NCBI GenBank assembly: GCA_013298895.1
Contig: JAAFJM010000015.1
Location: forward strand, 7,811 to 71,810
Direction: 5' to 3'
DNA: 64,000 nt
Source: Bacteroidota bacterium
GTDB lineage: Bacteria > Bacteroidota > Bacteroidia > UKL13-3
The position numbers and the translations under genes were made by a program. The number at the start of each line of letters is the position of its first letter. The stretch's first letter is position 1. Positions 50,213-60,489 of the stretch are shown here, piece after piece. The notes beneath the pieces were generated by a model that worked only from the letters and a program-made list of their open reading frames with translations, searched no databases and had not been told where the DNA came from.

Positions 50213-51229
50213 ATGACAGAAAACGAAAAGAAAAATATTCCAAGCAGTGGTAAAATTAATTCATTAGTTTATCTAACAGAAAGTAATTACAGGCAGCTAA
50301 TTGGGTGCTCAGATATAAAACATTATGATTTTGAAAATGCCATTTCATTATTTAAACAATTGTATGACAATTGGAAGTTTTATAAAATGTTTAACAAATA
50401 TGATATAAAATTTCTATTTAAAAATTTTATATTATTATCAGGTGAAAATGAAAATCTATTTTTTAAAGAAGTAGAAGATAGAAAAGATAATTTAGGATAT
50501 ATTTTAGAAATTAAAGGTAAGCTTAAGTATCATTTACACCCTTCTTGTGAAGGTTTAAATAGGGGTTTCAGAAATTTTTTCATGCCAGAACCAGTAGCCA
50601 AAATTCAAGATAAAGAAGAAAAAATAAAGGTAGCAAACGAGGTTAGGGATTGGTTTAAAACAAATAATTACACAATTGAAAGGTATTTAAACCAAGAAAT
50701 AAATGATAAGCACTTAACGGAATCATTTAATAGAGTATTCCCTAATAAATTTAATATTGAACCAATATCAATTAGTCAATCAGATCAAAATCAATTTAAG
50801 TGGTATATACAAAAAAAATCAGATACAATAAAAATTGAGAAAGAATTTAGTTTTCAAGAGTTTGAAAATAACGTAACAGCTATTATCTCAGATAGAAATG
50901 ACCTATGCCAACGTTCAATGAAATTGTATAATCTTAGCAAACACGACAATTTAATTAAAGAAAAAGATCATAATATTATGAGTATTCTAAATGAAAGGAT
51001 TGAAACTGGATATTTGAAAGACGTAACTATTGATTATATTGAAAATATGGGGTTAGATGATTTAAAAACCTTTTGGCAAAAGCATATAGATTTAAGAAAC
51101 AAAGGCATATTGGAATTTACAAATTTTTTAAAATGGAAGTTTAATATAAAAGAATACGGACTGATGAATATTAAATTGGAGAATTTCAACTTTGAATGTT
51201 GTACAATGTGTTTAATGAGCCAATCTTAA
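50213..51229 (+). CDS. Hypothetical protein with possible Zn ligands
   Basis: 338-aa ORF; KYHLHPSC and C-terminal CCTMC. Confidence 0.7.
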   Translation: MTENEKKNIPSSGKINSLVYLTESNYRQLIGCSDIKHYDFENAISLFKQLYDNWKFYKMFNKYDIKFLFKNFILLSGENENLFFKEVEDRKDNLGYILEIKGKLKYHLHPSCEGLNRGFRNFFMPEPVAKIQDKEEKIKVANEVRDWFKTNNYTIERYLNQEINDKHLTESFNRVFPNKFNIEPISISQSDQNQFKWYIQKKSDTIKIEKEFSFQEFENNVTAIISDRNDLCQRSMKLYNLSKHDNLIKEKDHNIMSILNERIETGYLKDVTIDYIENMGLDDLKTFWQKHIDLRNKGILEFTNFLKWKFNIKEYGLMNIKLENFNFECCTMCLMSQS

Positions 51230-51292
51230 CTAAGTTGATAATTTCCTGTTTCACCAAAGCAGCACCAACAATAACTATTAATTATACCTCAC

Positions 51293-51332
51293 AAAAAAAG
51301 CTATCTAGTTTTGAAACCTGATAGCTTTTTTT
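51293..51332. terminator. Bidirectional terminator
   Basis: AAAAAAAGCTATC...GATAGCTTTTTTT. Confidence 0.8.
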
Positions 51333-51352
51333 GCTTTAAATCATGTGTTGTA

Positions 51353-51970
51353 TTATGCTTCGTATAATCCCAATGCATCTAATACGTTGTTTAGTTCTTC
51401 AAAATCTTTAAGGCCAGTTTTTTCTTCATCGCCTCCTATTATGTTTAAGGCATACGGTTGGTAAGTAGCCAATGTTTCTTTTATGTTTTCGGGTACTGTA
51501 TTATAACCCCAAACTATTTTGTTATTGGCACATATTTGTTTTAAATCGTCAGCACTTAAAGTATGGCCATTGCTTGAATATAAATGAAAAGCATCTACTT
51601 TATCGGTATATGCTTCAAAAATTTTATGAAGCGCAGTTACATCAAATAAACTGGTATCAATTTTTTTGATAATAGGCTTGTCTATTTCGGCTAAATCGGT
51701 TGGCAACAAATCGTTGTTTAGTTCTACAATATCAATGTTCAACATATCAACTATATCGGCCACTTCTTTCATAGTTTGGTTTCCAAACTCAGCCACTACA
51801 AAACATCCAGAAGTCCAATCGATAATTTCTTTGGCTTTAACTGGCGGAATATAACTTACACTTTGAGGGTCAAAACAAAAACCCATATAATCAATACCTG
51901 CTGCGGCTGCAAAGCGGGCATCGCTTAAGTTGGTAATATTACCCAACTTAATTTTTACGTTTTGATTCAT
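51353..51970 (-). CDS. Phosphoribosylanthranilate isomerase (TrpF)-like protein
   Basis: VK...ITNLSDAR..A..G..Y.GF; G..E.K.G.KDF; outside a trp operon. Confidence 0.75.
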   Translation of the reverse strand: MNQNVKIKLGNITNLSDARFAAAAGIDYMGFCFDPQSVSYIPPVKAKEIIDWTSGCFVVAEFGNQTMKEVADIVDMLNIDIVELNNDLLPTDLAEIDKPIIKKIDTSLFDVTALHKIFEAYTDKVDAFHLYSSNGHTLSADDLKQICANNKIVWGYNTVPENIKETLATYQPYALNIIGGDEEKTGLKDFEELNNVLDALGLYEA

Positions 51971-51979
51971 TTAATTCTT

Positions 51980-52498
51980 TTATCGTTTTTTATAAATAGG
52001 CACATTGCTGCAAGCTTCGCCATACATTAAACTTTTTACCACTGGTAGTAACTTATTGCTCATGGCTACATAAGCAGCTATGGGCAACTCATTTTGGCTA
52101 CACCCCTTTAAAATAATGCGTTTATTGGCATAATCGGCAGGGTTCAGTTGTGCAATGGCATCGTTATACAATGCTATTTCAAGTTGTTCTAAATTGCCAA
52201 ACACATATTTATTGGCATACGGCTGCACCGCACTAGCCAAAAGCATATAAGCCCAAGTAGGCACTATGGCATCGGTACTGCAATAAAAAGCTATATTTTG
52301 GTTTTGGTATTGGCTCCAATCGTGGTTTTTAACAAAATCTCTAAAATCTTTTTCCTTTAAAATCATTTCCCTAAAAAGCCAATCCTTAATATCGAACAAA
52401 ACCCTTTTACCTGCATGGCGCAAGGTTTCTAAATCAATGGTAATAAGGCCACTGTTAGCTACTTTATTTTCAATTAAATCTAATTCTGCTAAATCCAT
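51980..52498 (-). CDS. DUF2480 family protein
   Basis: I.NKVANSGL.T.DLE; LKEKDFR....HDW; DAIVP.WAYML; KGC; GEACS.VP. Confidence 0.9.
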   Translation of the reverse strand: MDLAELDLIENKVANSGLITIDLETLRHAGKRVLFDIKDWLFREMILKEKDFRDFVKNHDWSQYQNQNIAFYCSTDAIVPTWAYMLLASAVQPYANKYVFGNLEQLEIALYNDAIAQLNPADYANKRIILKGCSQNELPIAAYVAMSNKLLPVVKSLMYGEACSNVPIYKKR

Positions 52499-52507
52499 TT
52501 TATTACA

Positions 52508-52891
52508 TTATTGACGAACAATCATGGTTCTGGTAATGGTTTTTTGTCCCAATACTTGTACTACATTGGTATCGCTTTTGGTGCCACTTTGAGCCCTTAG
52601 GTAATAATTGCCTTGCAGTATAAAACCAAAATCGGCAGTGCCACTTACGGTAGAAATGGTATTTAAATAAAAATTGCGCTTTAAATCTTCGTAAGATGGA
52701 TACAAAAATACTTGTGCACCATTAATTTGGGTATTGTTATTGGTTCCATCTAAAACCACTACCTTTAGCCTTCCGCTAAACTGAGAACTATCGTTGGTTA
52801 CAATAGTTTGCGAAGGAGTAGCAATGGTTTCGGTTTTGGTGCAAGATAAAACCATAAAAGCTAATATTATTATAGCAAATAACTTATTCAT
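52508..52891 (-). CDS. Hypothetical lipoprotein (prealbumin/carboxypeptidase-regulatory-like fold)
   Basis: Lipobox VLSC; GA.V.LY; G.YY..A. Confidence 0.7.
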   Translation of the reverse strand: MNKLFAIIILAFMVLSCTKTETIATPSQTIVTNDSSQFSGRLKVVVLDGTNNNTQINGAQVFLYPSYEDLKRNFYLNTISTVSGTADFGFILQGNYYLRAQSGTKSDTNVVQVLGQKTITRTMIVRQ

Positions 52892-52897
52892 AATGTA

Positions 52898-54334
52898 TTA
52901 TTTTATTTCAGAAATTTTAATGGTATTTACCCTGTTACGTTCAATGATTGGCATACTTGCGGTATTAATTACCAATTGTCCTTTTTGAATATAACCACCT
53001 TTTAACAGGTTATTATTTACATCTTGCATGGAGTCATCGGTACTTTCAAACTCGCGGTATAAAAAGCCACGTACACCCCAAACCAAACTTAAAGTATTAA
53101 CCAAACGAGGGTTAGTTGTAAAAATAAAAATGCTTGCTTTTGGGCGGAATGATGAAATTTTATAAGCTGAATAACCCGAAAAAGTCATACCCACAATGGC
53201 ACTTGCTTTTAAATGGTCGCTAACTCTTACTGCTGTAAAACAAATTTCATCCGATAAAAAGGTTTCACTATCTTCTGTAGGCCTAGTTCCTTTAAAATAA
53301 GGCGCATTGGTTCCTGTTTCTACCTCCATAATGGTTCTGCGCATGTAGCTGATGGCATTAACCGGATATGCACCCACCGAAGTTTCGGCACTTAACATTA
53401 CTGCATCGGCACCATCCATTACTGCATTGGCAATATCGTTTAACTCAGCACGTGTAGGCACTGGGCTTACAATCATGCTTTCCATCATTTGCGTAGCAAT
53501 AATAACAGGCTTGCTTGCTTCAATGCATTTTTTAACAATGCGTTTTTGAATAACAGGCACTTGTTCCATAGGCATTTCTACTCCTAAATCGCCACGCGCC
53601 ACCATTATTCCATCAGAGGCTGCAATGATTTTATCAATATTAGCCACTGCTTCTGGCTTTTCTATTTTTGAAATTACACGAGGTTTCCAATCGTTTAATT
53701 CAATAATATTTTTTATAAAAACAACATCATGTTCATTTCTTACGAATGAAAGGGCCACCCACTCTACTTTATTATCCAAACCAAACTTCAAATCATCCAA
53801 ATCTTTTTGAGTCATACTTGGAATACTCATTTTGGTATTAGGTAAGTTAAATCCTTTTTTATTTGAAAGCCACCCTCCAAAAACAACTTCGGCCTTCACC
53901 AAGTTTTTCTTATTGGTTTCAATTACTTTTAATTCCAGTTTTCCATCATCTAATAAAATGCGTTCGCCTGGATTTACATCTTTAGGTAAATTTTCAAAAT
54001 TGATATAAATGCGGTTACTCGTTCCAATGCATTTTTCGGTAGTTACTTCAATTATTTCACCTTGAATTAACTCTACCTTACCATTTTCCATTTCACCAAC
54101 ACGTAACTTAGGACCTTGTAAATCTAAAAGCATACAAACATTAGTTCCTAAATCCTGATTAGCTTGCCTAATATTATCAATAACCTGCTGATGATCGGCA
54201 TAAGAACCATGTGAAAAATTTAGACGACAAACATCAACTCCTTCGTTAATAATGGCTTTTAAATTTTCTAAACTGCTGGTGGCTGGCCCAATTGTAGCCA
54301 CAATTTTGGTACGGTTAAAAAGTGCTTTACTCAT
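52898..54334 (-). CDS. pyk: Pyruvate kinase
   Basis: TKIVATIGPA, RLNFSHG, DLQGPKLR, KIE, MVARGDLGVE, ATQMMESM, DG.DAVMLS.ET. Confidence 0.97.
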   Translation of the reverse strand: MSKALFNRTKIVATIGPATSSLENLKAIINEGVDVCRLNFSHGSYADHQQVIDNIRQANQDLGTNVCMLLDLQGPKLRVGEMENGKVELIQGEIIEVTTEKCIGTSNRIYINFENLPKDVNPGERILLDDGKLELKVIETNKKNLVKAEVVFGGWLSNKKGFNLPNTKMSIPSMTQKDLDDLKFGLDNKVEWVALSFVRNEHDVVFIKNIIELNDWKPRVISKIEKPEAVANIDKIIAASDGIMVARGDLGVEMPMEQVPVIQKRIVKKCIEASKPVIIATQMMESMIVSPVPTRAELNDIANAVMDGADAVMLSAETSVGAYPVNAISYMRRTIMEVETGTNAPYFKGTRPTEDSETFLSDEICFTAVRVSDHLKASAIVGMTFSGYSAYKISSFRPKASIFIFTTNPRLVNTLSLVWGVRGFLYREFESTDDSMQDVNNNLLKGGYIQKGQLVINTASMPIIERNRVNTIKISEIK

Positions 54335-54352
54335 CTCTCTTCTATAATTTTT

Positions 54353-54772
54353 TTATAATATTAAATTTACTTTCTGTTTTAGCCTTGTTTGGTCTATTAA
54401 ACTAACAAGCTGAATTTCAGAAATGGTTTTTACTTGTTTTAAAAATAATTTTTCATCAAAAAAAGATAGTCCACCTTCAATTAAAATAAAGTATTGCATG
54501 GCTCTTAATTCTGTAAAAAGAATTTTACTTTCATCGGAATTGGAAAAAAGCGTGTAAGTTAAGTGGTTTAGCTCATCGTTGTAAATAAATTTATTGAAAT
54601 AAAAATATTCTCTTTCCGATTCGTTATACCATTCAATGCTATCAACTCGAGCTAAATTTATTTCGAGTGAATGGTTTAATAACCATGCTAGGCGCGACAC
54701 TTTTTCATTGCTTAGCAATCCGTAAAAAAGTGTTTCTTCCTCATCTGTAATATCTAGCGCGAACTTTTTCAA
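54353..54772 (-). CDS. IPExxxVDY-family-like protein
   Basis: RLAW.LN..L.I.L; position upstream of pyk, as is typical in Bacteroidota. Confidence 0.7.
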   Translation of the reverse strand: MKKFALDITDEEETLFYGLLSNEKVSRLAWLLNHSLEINLARVDSIEWYNESEREYFYFNKFIYNDELNHLTYTLFSNSDESKILFTELRAMQYFILIEGGLSFFDEKLFLKQVKTISEIQLVSLIDQTRLKQKVNLIL

Positions 54773-54865
54773 TTAAAAAATCGTGCTAATATACTATTTG
54801 TATGTGACGATTGTGTTAATTTTTTTGAAAAAAAATCCCAAAAGGCTTTATCCTTTGGCATTAAA

Positions 54866-55981
54866 CTAACCAATTGCTTCGTGCAAATTAGGTAATTTAC
54901 CCAATTGTTTTAGGTAGGCAATATGTGAACCAATGGCACCAAAAAGGGTTTTATTTTCTAAATAAGGCACCCCAAATTCTTTAGCTGTTTGTTTTACTAT
55001 TTTAGCAATGGCTGGATAATGCACATGCGATACTTTTTGAAACAAATGGTGTTCTACTTGGTAATTTAAACCTCCTACATACCATGAAAGCAATTTGTTA
55101 TTGGGCGAAAAATTAACTGTGGTATTTAATTGATGAATAGCCCAGTCGTTTTCAATAATTCCATCTGCATTAGGCATTGGATGGTCGGTATGTTCAACAG
55201 TATGTGCTAATTGAAAAACAGTGGTTAAAATTAATCCTGAAAAAAAATGCATCAGCATAAAGCCTATAAATACTTGCCAAAACGGAATTTGAAACACATA
55301 AGTTGGCACTAAAAACATGACTATAAAATAAAATATTTTGATACCAATAATTTTAGAAAGAATAGCCACATTTTCCTTTTTAGAAGCACTGTTTACACCA
55401 TTTTTTGAAAACTGATAAAACTGAATAAAATCTTTAGCTACGGCCCAATAAAAAGTAAGCAAACCATAAAAAAAGAAAGCATAAATCCATTGGAACTGAT
55501 GGAAACTTTTCTGCTTGGTATGTGGCGAAAATTTTAAAACCAATCTGTCGGAAATATCATCATCTAAATGAGTAATATTGGTATAAGTATGGTGTAATAT
55601 ATTGTGCTGTAATTTCCAATTAAACACTGAACCACCTAATAAATTCAAAGAGTGTCCAACCCAATAATTTACATTTTTATTAGCTGAGTAAGCCCCATGA
55701 TTGGCATCGTGCATTACACTCATGCCAATACCCGCAAGACTAATACCCATTAAACTCCAAAACAATAAACTAATTCCAAAACTTGGTCTAAAAGCCATTA
55801 AAGCTAAAAAAGGTAAAATATAAGCACTTAAAAGAATAATGGTTTTTAAAACCATGCCCGTATTGGCGTGTTTTGAAATATTGTTATCAATAAAATATTG
55901 ATCTACACGCTTTTTTAAAATGGAATAAAAACCTGTTTTATTTTTGTCTATAAACTTAACTTGCTCCTTTAAATGTGACAT
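54866..55981 (-). CDS. Membrane fatty acid (acyl-CoA) desaturase
   Basis: His boxes HDANH, HNILHH, QVEHHLF. Confidence 0.92.
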   Translation of the reverse strand: MSHLKEQVKFIDKNKTGFYSILKKRVDQYFIDNNISKHANTGMVLKTIILLSAYILPFLALMAFRPSFGISLLFWSLMGISLAGIGMSVMHDANHGAYSANKNVNYWVGHSLNLLGGSVFNWKLQHNILHHTYTNITHLDDDISDRLVLKFSPHTKQKSFHQFQWIYAFFFYGLLTFYWAVAKDFIQFYQFSKNGVNSASKKENVAILSKIIGIKIFYFIVMFLVPTYVFQIPFWQVFIGFMLMHFFSGLILTTVFQLAHTVEHTDHPMPNADGIIENDWAIHQLNTTVNFSPNNKLLSWYVGGLNYQVEHHLFQKVSHVHYPAIAKIVKQTAKEFGVPYLENKTLFGAIGSHIAYLKQLGKLPNLHEAIG

Positions 55982-56135
55982 ATTACAAAGAAAACTACTT
56001 TGAGTTGAAAATCAACATGTAAAAACGTAATCAAAATGTAATTTTTATTATCAAAATTTTAAAACAAAACAACTCAATCAAAAAACTATATTTTTTGAAT
56101 ATAAAGTTTTATCAATAACATTGCAGCCCAATTTT

Positions 56136-56612
56136 ATGCAAACTGCCTCTATTTCTGAAATAAAAAAAGAATTACAAACGCTTCATGCTGCGCAATTGGT
56201 AGAACTTTGTACCAAAATAGCCAAGTATAAAAAAGACAATAAGGAGTTTTTAAATTACTTGTTATTTCAAACCCACGATGAAGCCCAATTTATTGATGGT
56301 ATAAAACAAGAAATGACTGAACTGTTTGCCGAAATGAACCGAAGCAATTTGTATTTTGCAAAAAAAACCATCAGAAAAATATTGCGATTGGCTAATAAAA
56401 ATGCAAAATACTCTGCTAAGGCAGGCACAAATATTGAACTATTGGTGCACTTTTGCAAAGAATTAGATAATACAGGCATTGATTTTAGAAAGAGTACTGT
56501 TTTGTATAATTTATACAAAGCACAACTCAAAAAAATAAATGAATCACTCAGTACCTTGCACGAGGATTTGCAATACGATTACCAAAAAGAAATTGATTTA
56601 TTAAACAAATAA
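56136..56612 (+). CDS. Conserved hypothetical protein
   Basis: ASI.EIKKEL...L.ELC...AK.KK.NKE.L.YLLF; LHEDLQYDY; start moved to MQTAS. Confidence 0.75.
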   Translation: MQTASISEIKKELQTLHAAQLVELCTKIAKYKKDNKEFLNYLLFQTHDEAQFIDGIKQEMTELFAEMNRSNLYFAKKTIRKILRLANKNAKYSAKAGTNIELLVHFCKELDNTGIDFRKSTVLYNLYKAQLKKINESLSTLHEDLQYDYQKEIDLLNK

Positions 56613-56625
56613 TTTTTAATTAAAC

Positions 56626-57207
56626 ATGTTAGGACTTAAACTTCCAACCGACCCACGTTGGGTAAATATAGTAGAAAGTAATTTAGAAGAAATATTAACC
56701 GACCATGCTTGGTGCGAACAAAAAGCAGCTAGTAACGCCATTACCATTATTACTTACAATCCGGAGCTAACTGATTTGGTGGCAGATTTATTAGATTTGG
56801 TAAAAGAAGAAATTAGCCATTTTGAAATGGTGTTTAATATAATAAAAGAACGTGGTTACACTTTAGGCCGCGAACGCAAAGACAGTTATGTAAACGAATT
56901 GTATCAATTTATGCAAAAAGGCGGAAGCCGCAACGCAAGTTTTGTAGATAGAATGCTTTTTTCGGCTATGATTGAAGCAAGAAGTTGCGAGCGTTTTAAA
57001 GTGCTTTCTGAAAATATAAAGGATGAAGAACTTTCTAAATTCTATTACGATTTAATGGCAAGCGAAGCCAGTCATTATACCACATTTATAGGCTATGCGC
57101 GCAAATATGGAAAAGATGTAGACGTTGATAAACGTTGGAAAGAATGGCTTGAATACGAAGCAAAAGTAATTGCCAATTATGGTAAACAAGAAACGGTGCA
57201 TGGGTAA
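56626..57207 (+). CDS. miaE: tRNA-(ms2io6A) hydroxylase
   Basis: DHAWCEQKAA, EE..HF, IEARSCERF, SEA.HY di-iron motifs. Confidence 0.93.
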   Translation: MLGLKLPTDPRWVNIVESNLEEILTDHAWCEQKAASNAITIITYNPELTDLVADLLDLVKEEISHFEMVFNIIKERGYTLGRERKDSYVNELYQFMQKGGSRNASFVDRMLFSAMIEARSCERFKVLSENIKDEELSKFYYDLMASEASHYTTFIGYARKYGKDVDVDKRWKEWLEYEAKVIANYGKQETVHG

Positions 57208-57334
57208 GTATAGTTAATGAGGTAACTAGTTGATAAAGTAATAGGTTAATGGGTGATTTAAGGTATCAAAACTTTAGGCATTGAAATTATTTAGATAGTA
57301 AATGGGTTAAGCTTTGGAAGAAGCTATTTCTAAA

Positions 57335-58132
57335 TTATTTTACCTCATATTCAGTTTCAAAAGGAAATTCAACTGTTTTATTTTCTTCATCATCAAACAT
57401 TGAAGTTACCTCATACCCTTTAATTTTATAATGTACCTTTTCTTTAATTTTGAAATCAATCATTCTTCTGTCTTTATCGTAGTTTAGGTCTTTTAAGTTT
57501 AATGGTATTCCATTTCGTGTAAATTGGGTAAAGTTAAATTCAGGTCTTTTTTTATTATAAACTTCACTAAAAAAAACTTGCAAGTCATCTCCAATTTTAT
57601 AATTATCTTTTGTTGGTACTATTATTATTTGACTTTGCAAAAAATTGAAATTATCATACATAGTCATTTGCTTTAAAGCATGTAAAAATTTGTTTAATAT
57701 AATGGTTGAAAGCAACGAATACATCTTTGAATCATTTACTTTCAATTTTCGACACTTTTCGATTTCGAACTGCATATTACCTTTAAATGGGCCAGAAAAA
57801 GTTAATAAAGTATCCAAATATTCTTTAAAAGCCTTACTTAATACTTGATTTGAAATCTTGTTATCATCTACTGTAATTAGTAGTTTTTTGTTGAATTCAT
57901 CATACAACTTAAAAGCTTTATTTGCTTGACTGATTTCAAATTTTAAAATTGTATCTGAATAATTAATTTGATTTAGCAATCTACGATCAAAATCTTTAAT
58001 AATATTTATATTTTCTAAACGAATTAAATCTATTGAATTGTCCAAGCAAAAATCCAATGCCTCTGTCTTTTCAGCATCATTTTTGCAAGCAAAGAGAAAA
58101 ACCACAAGAATAATAGCAATTATTTTTTTCAT
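57335..58132 (-). CDS. Hypothetical lipoprotein with distant GldM/PorM-like C-terminal Ig domain
   Basis: Lipobox LFAC; helical N-terminal half; IIVP....KIGD.LQVF...IKG.......FPFETEYEVK. Confidence 0.6.
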   Translation of the reverse strand: MKKIIAIILVVFLFACKNDAEKTEALDFCLDNSIDLIRLENINIIKDFDRRLLNQINYSDTILKFEISQANKAFKLYDEFNKKLLITVDDNKISNQVLSKAFKEYLDTLLTFSGPFKGNMQFEIEKCRKLKVNDSKMYSLLSTIILNKFLHALKQMTMYDNFNFLQSQIIIVPTKDNYKIGDDLQVFFSEVYNKKRPEFNFTQFTRNGIPLNLKDLNYDKDRRMIDFKIKEKVHYKIKGYEVTSMFDDEENKTVEFPFETEYEVK

Positions 58133-58496
58133 GATGAGTGTTATTAACCTTACTTTATACCTTAAAATTCAATATAGTTTAGTTAAGCTTTTTCAGTCTT
58201 ATATATATTCGTTTCAACAAGCTCAACGACCAAGAAAATATACTGAAGTTAGAAAGCTTTCGAACAAAATGTATATCCCTAAGTTAAACGAAATTAATTC
58301 ATAATTCAGCATAAATACTTCATACTTTTCAATAACTGTTCCGCTTCAACTTGTTTATTACCTTTTTTCAATGCAGTTTTTTCCTTGCTATTTGGTTTCT
58401 TTTTCTTAGATGAATAAAAAACCAAATAGACTTTCAATGATTATCTAACATTTTCTGAGAAAATGTGTTCCATATAATTCGGGAACCGGGAATACA

Positions 58497-60443
58497 TTAT
58501 TCCAATTCCATCATGGCTTCAAAAGCCCTTTCGTAAATGTTTTCTTGCTCTGCAATTTGTTTTTTCAAAACACTTAACTCCAATTGTTTTTTGTTTAACT
58601 CAGCTGCATTACTTGCTACTTCAGGTTTTGCAAAACTTTCCTCTACCGCTGTTAACTGTTGTTTTAGTTTTTCTAACTGCTTTTCAGCTTGTTCAAAATC
58701 GGTTTTAATTTTTTGAATTTGGTTATTGCTTAACTTAGGTTTGTTTTCGTTCACCACCGGTTTCACTTCAACAGGCTTAGCTATTACAATAGGCTCCGCT
58801 TTTTTAGGTGCTTTTGCAGCATCTTTATTAGCTGCCAAATTCAATGCTTCGTTTTTTAAGCGCCATTCTTCGTATTCAGCGTAAGTTCCTGGATATTCTT
58901 TCAATTCTAAGTTTTCTATATACCAAATTTTATTGGCTATTTGGCTTATAAAATGCCTATCGTGACTTACAGTAATAAAAGTTCCTTCGTAAGCTTGTAA
59001 TGCTTGACTTAGTATATTAATGCTTCGCATATCCAAGTGATTGGTAGGCTCATCTAACAATAAAAAATTAGCTTCGGTCAATAACGTTTTAGCCAAGGCC
59101 ACACGCGCTTTTTCACCTCCACTCAGTACTTTTATTTTTTTGAATACATCATCACCTGCAAATAAAAAACAACCCAAAACTGTTCTTAATTCAGTTTCTG
59201 GTCTATCGGTAGCGTGGTGTGCTAGTTCTTCTAAAATTTCGTTTTGTTGGCCTAAACTTTCTAATTGATGCTGTGCATAAAAAGCTTCTTTTACATTAAA
59301 ACCAATTTTGGCCTCACCATCATATTTTTCAACTCCTGCTATGATACGCAATAAGGTAGATTTACCTTTTCCGTTCGCACCAATCAAGGCTATTTTATCG
59401 CCACGCTCAATACGCGCATTGGCATTTTTTACAATATCAATATCGGGGAACGATTTGGTAACATTGTTAATTTCGGCTACCAAACGGCTACTTTGCTGAC
59501 CAATTCTAAACTGAATATTGATAGCAGAATTATCATCCTCAGGCGCTTCTATTTTATCTAATTTATCCAACATTTTAACCCTACTTTGAGCAGCAGTAGC
59601 CTTACTGGCTTTGGCTTTAAAACGTGCTATAAAACGTTCTTGCTCACGTATAAATTGTTGTTGGTTATCGAATTGGCGCTGTTGTAAATCCATGCGCTCA
59701 TCTTTAGCCTCTAGGTAAAAACTGTAGTTTCCGCTGTATTCGTAAATGTTTGAATTAGCCACTTCCACGGTTTTATTGGTCATTTTATCCAAAAACTCCA
59801 TATCGTGACTTACCACAATAACCGTTCCTGGGTAACCAATTAAATATTCCTCTAACCATTTAATGGTAGGTAAATCCAAGTGATTCGTAGGCTCATCCAG
59901 CATCAGTAAATCAGGATTTTGCAATAAAAGTTTGGCAAGCATTACACGCATACGCCATCCTCCCGAAAACTTTTTGTAAGGTTGCTGTAACTGAGCTGTT
60001 GTAAAACCAAGTCCTTCCAATACTTTTTCGCACTTATGCTTCATATTATAACCATCCAACCTATCAAATTCCTCTTGGGCATCGCTTAGTTTGGTAATAA
60101 TCTCCATGCTATGGTCGGTTTCCATTTTGGCCAAAATTTCTTCAATTTCTTTTTCCAAAAACAGCGCACGACTAAAAGCCTGCATGGTTACATTTAAAAT
60201 GGTATCTTCCGTTTCAAAACTTAAATTATCCTGATTTAAAAACCCAATAGTCAAGTCTTTCGGCTTGCTAATGGTGCCTTCGCTTAAACCATATTCACCA
60301 TTAATTACACGTAATAAAGTAGATTTTCCGGTTCCGTTACGGCCCACCAAAGCTATACGTTCATTAGGTTTTATGTGCCAATTTGCATTGCGGTAAAGGT
60401 ATCGTCCACCAAACTCAAAGGCTATATTAGTTAAAGCAATCAT
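58497..60443 (-). CDS. ABC-F family ATP-binding protein (two ABC domains, C-terminal coiled coil)
   Basis: GRNGTGKS, FSGGWRMR, LDEPTNHLD (twice), GANGKGKS, LSGGEK; no TM segments; -7 box at 60469-60476 (minus). Confidence 0.93.
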   Translation of the reverse strand: MIALTNIAFEFGGRYLYRNANWHIKPNERIALVGRNGTGKSTLLRVINGEYGLSEGTISKPKDLTIGFLNQDNLSFETEDTILNVTMQAFSRALFLEKEIEEILAKMETDHSMEIITKLSDAQEEFDRLDGYNMKHKCEKVLEGLGFTTAQLQQPYKKFSGGWRMRVMLAKLLLQNPDLLMLDEPTNHLDLPTIKWLEEYLIGYPGTVIVVSHDMEFLDKMTNKTVEVANSNIYEYSGNYSFYLEAKDERMDLQQRQFDNQQQFIREQERFIARFKAKASKATAAQSRVKMLDKLDKIEAPEDDNSAINIQFRIGQQSSRLVAEINNVTKSFPDIDIVKNANARIERGDKIALIGANGKGKSTLLRIIAGVEKYDGEAKIGFNVKEAFYAQHQLESLGQQNEILEELAHHATDRPETELRTVLGCFLFAGDDVFKKIKVLSGGEKARVALAKTLLTEANFLLLDEPTNHLDMRSINILSQALQAYEGTFITVSHDRHFISQIANKIWYIENLELKEYPGTYAEYEEWRLKNEALNLAANKDAAKAPKKAEPIVIAKPVEVKPVVNENKPKLSNNQIQKIKTDFEQAEKQLEKLKQQLTAVEESFAKPEVASNAAELNKKQLELSVLKKQIAEQENIYERAFEAMMELE

Positions 60444-60489
60444 GTATTTTAATCAAAATTTTGAGGCGCAAATATAGGCTGATTTTTGA

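Noticed and set aside
44460..51332. Integron with attC sites, or an ICE/prophage
   Set aside because: No integrase, no convincing attC (RYYYAAC...GTTRRRY) structures, and no phage or conjugation genes seen.
3208..59499. Many short antisense or alternative-frame ORFs inside sdhA, sdhB, the helicase, pyk, ABC-F, DUF1501 and other genes
   Set aside because: They overlap confidently identified genes and show no recognisable motifs.
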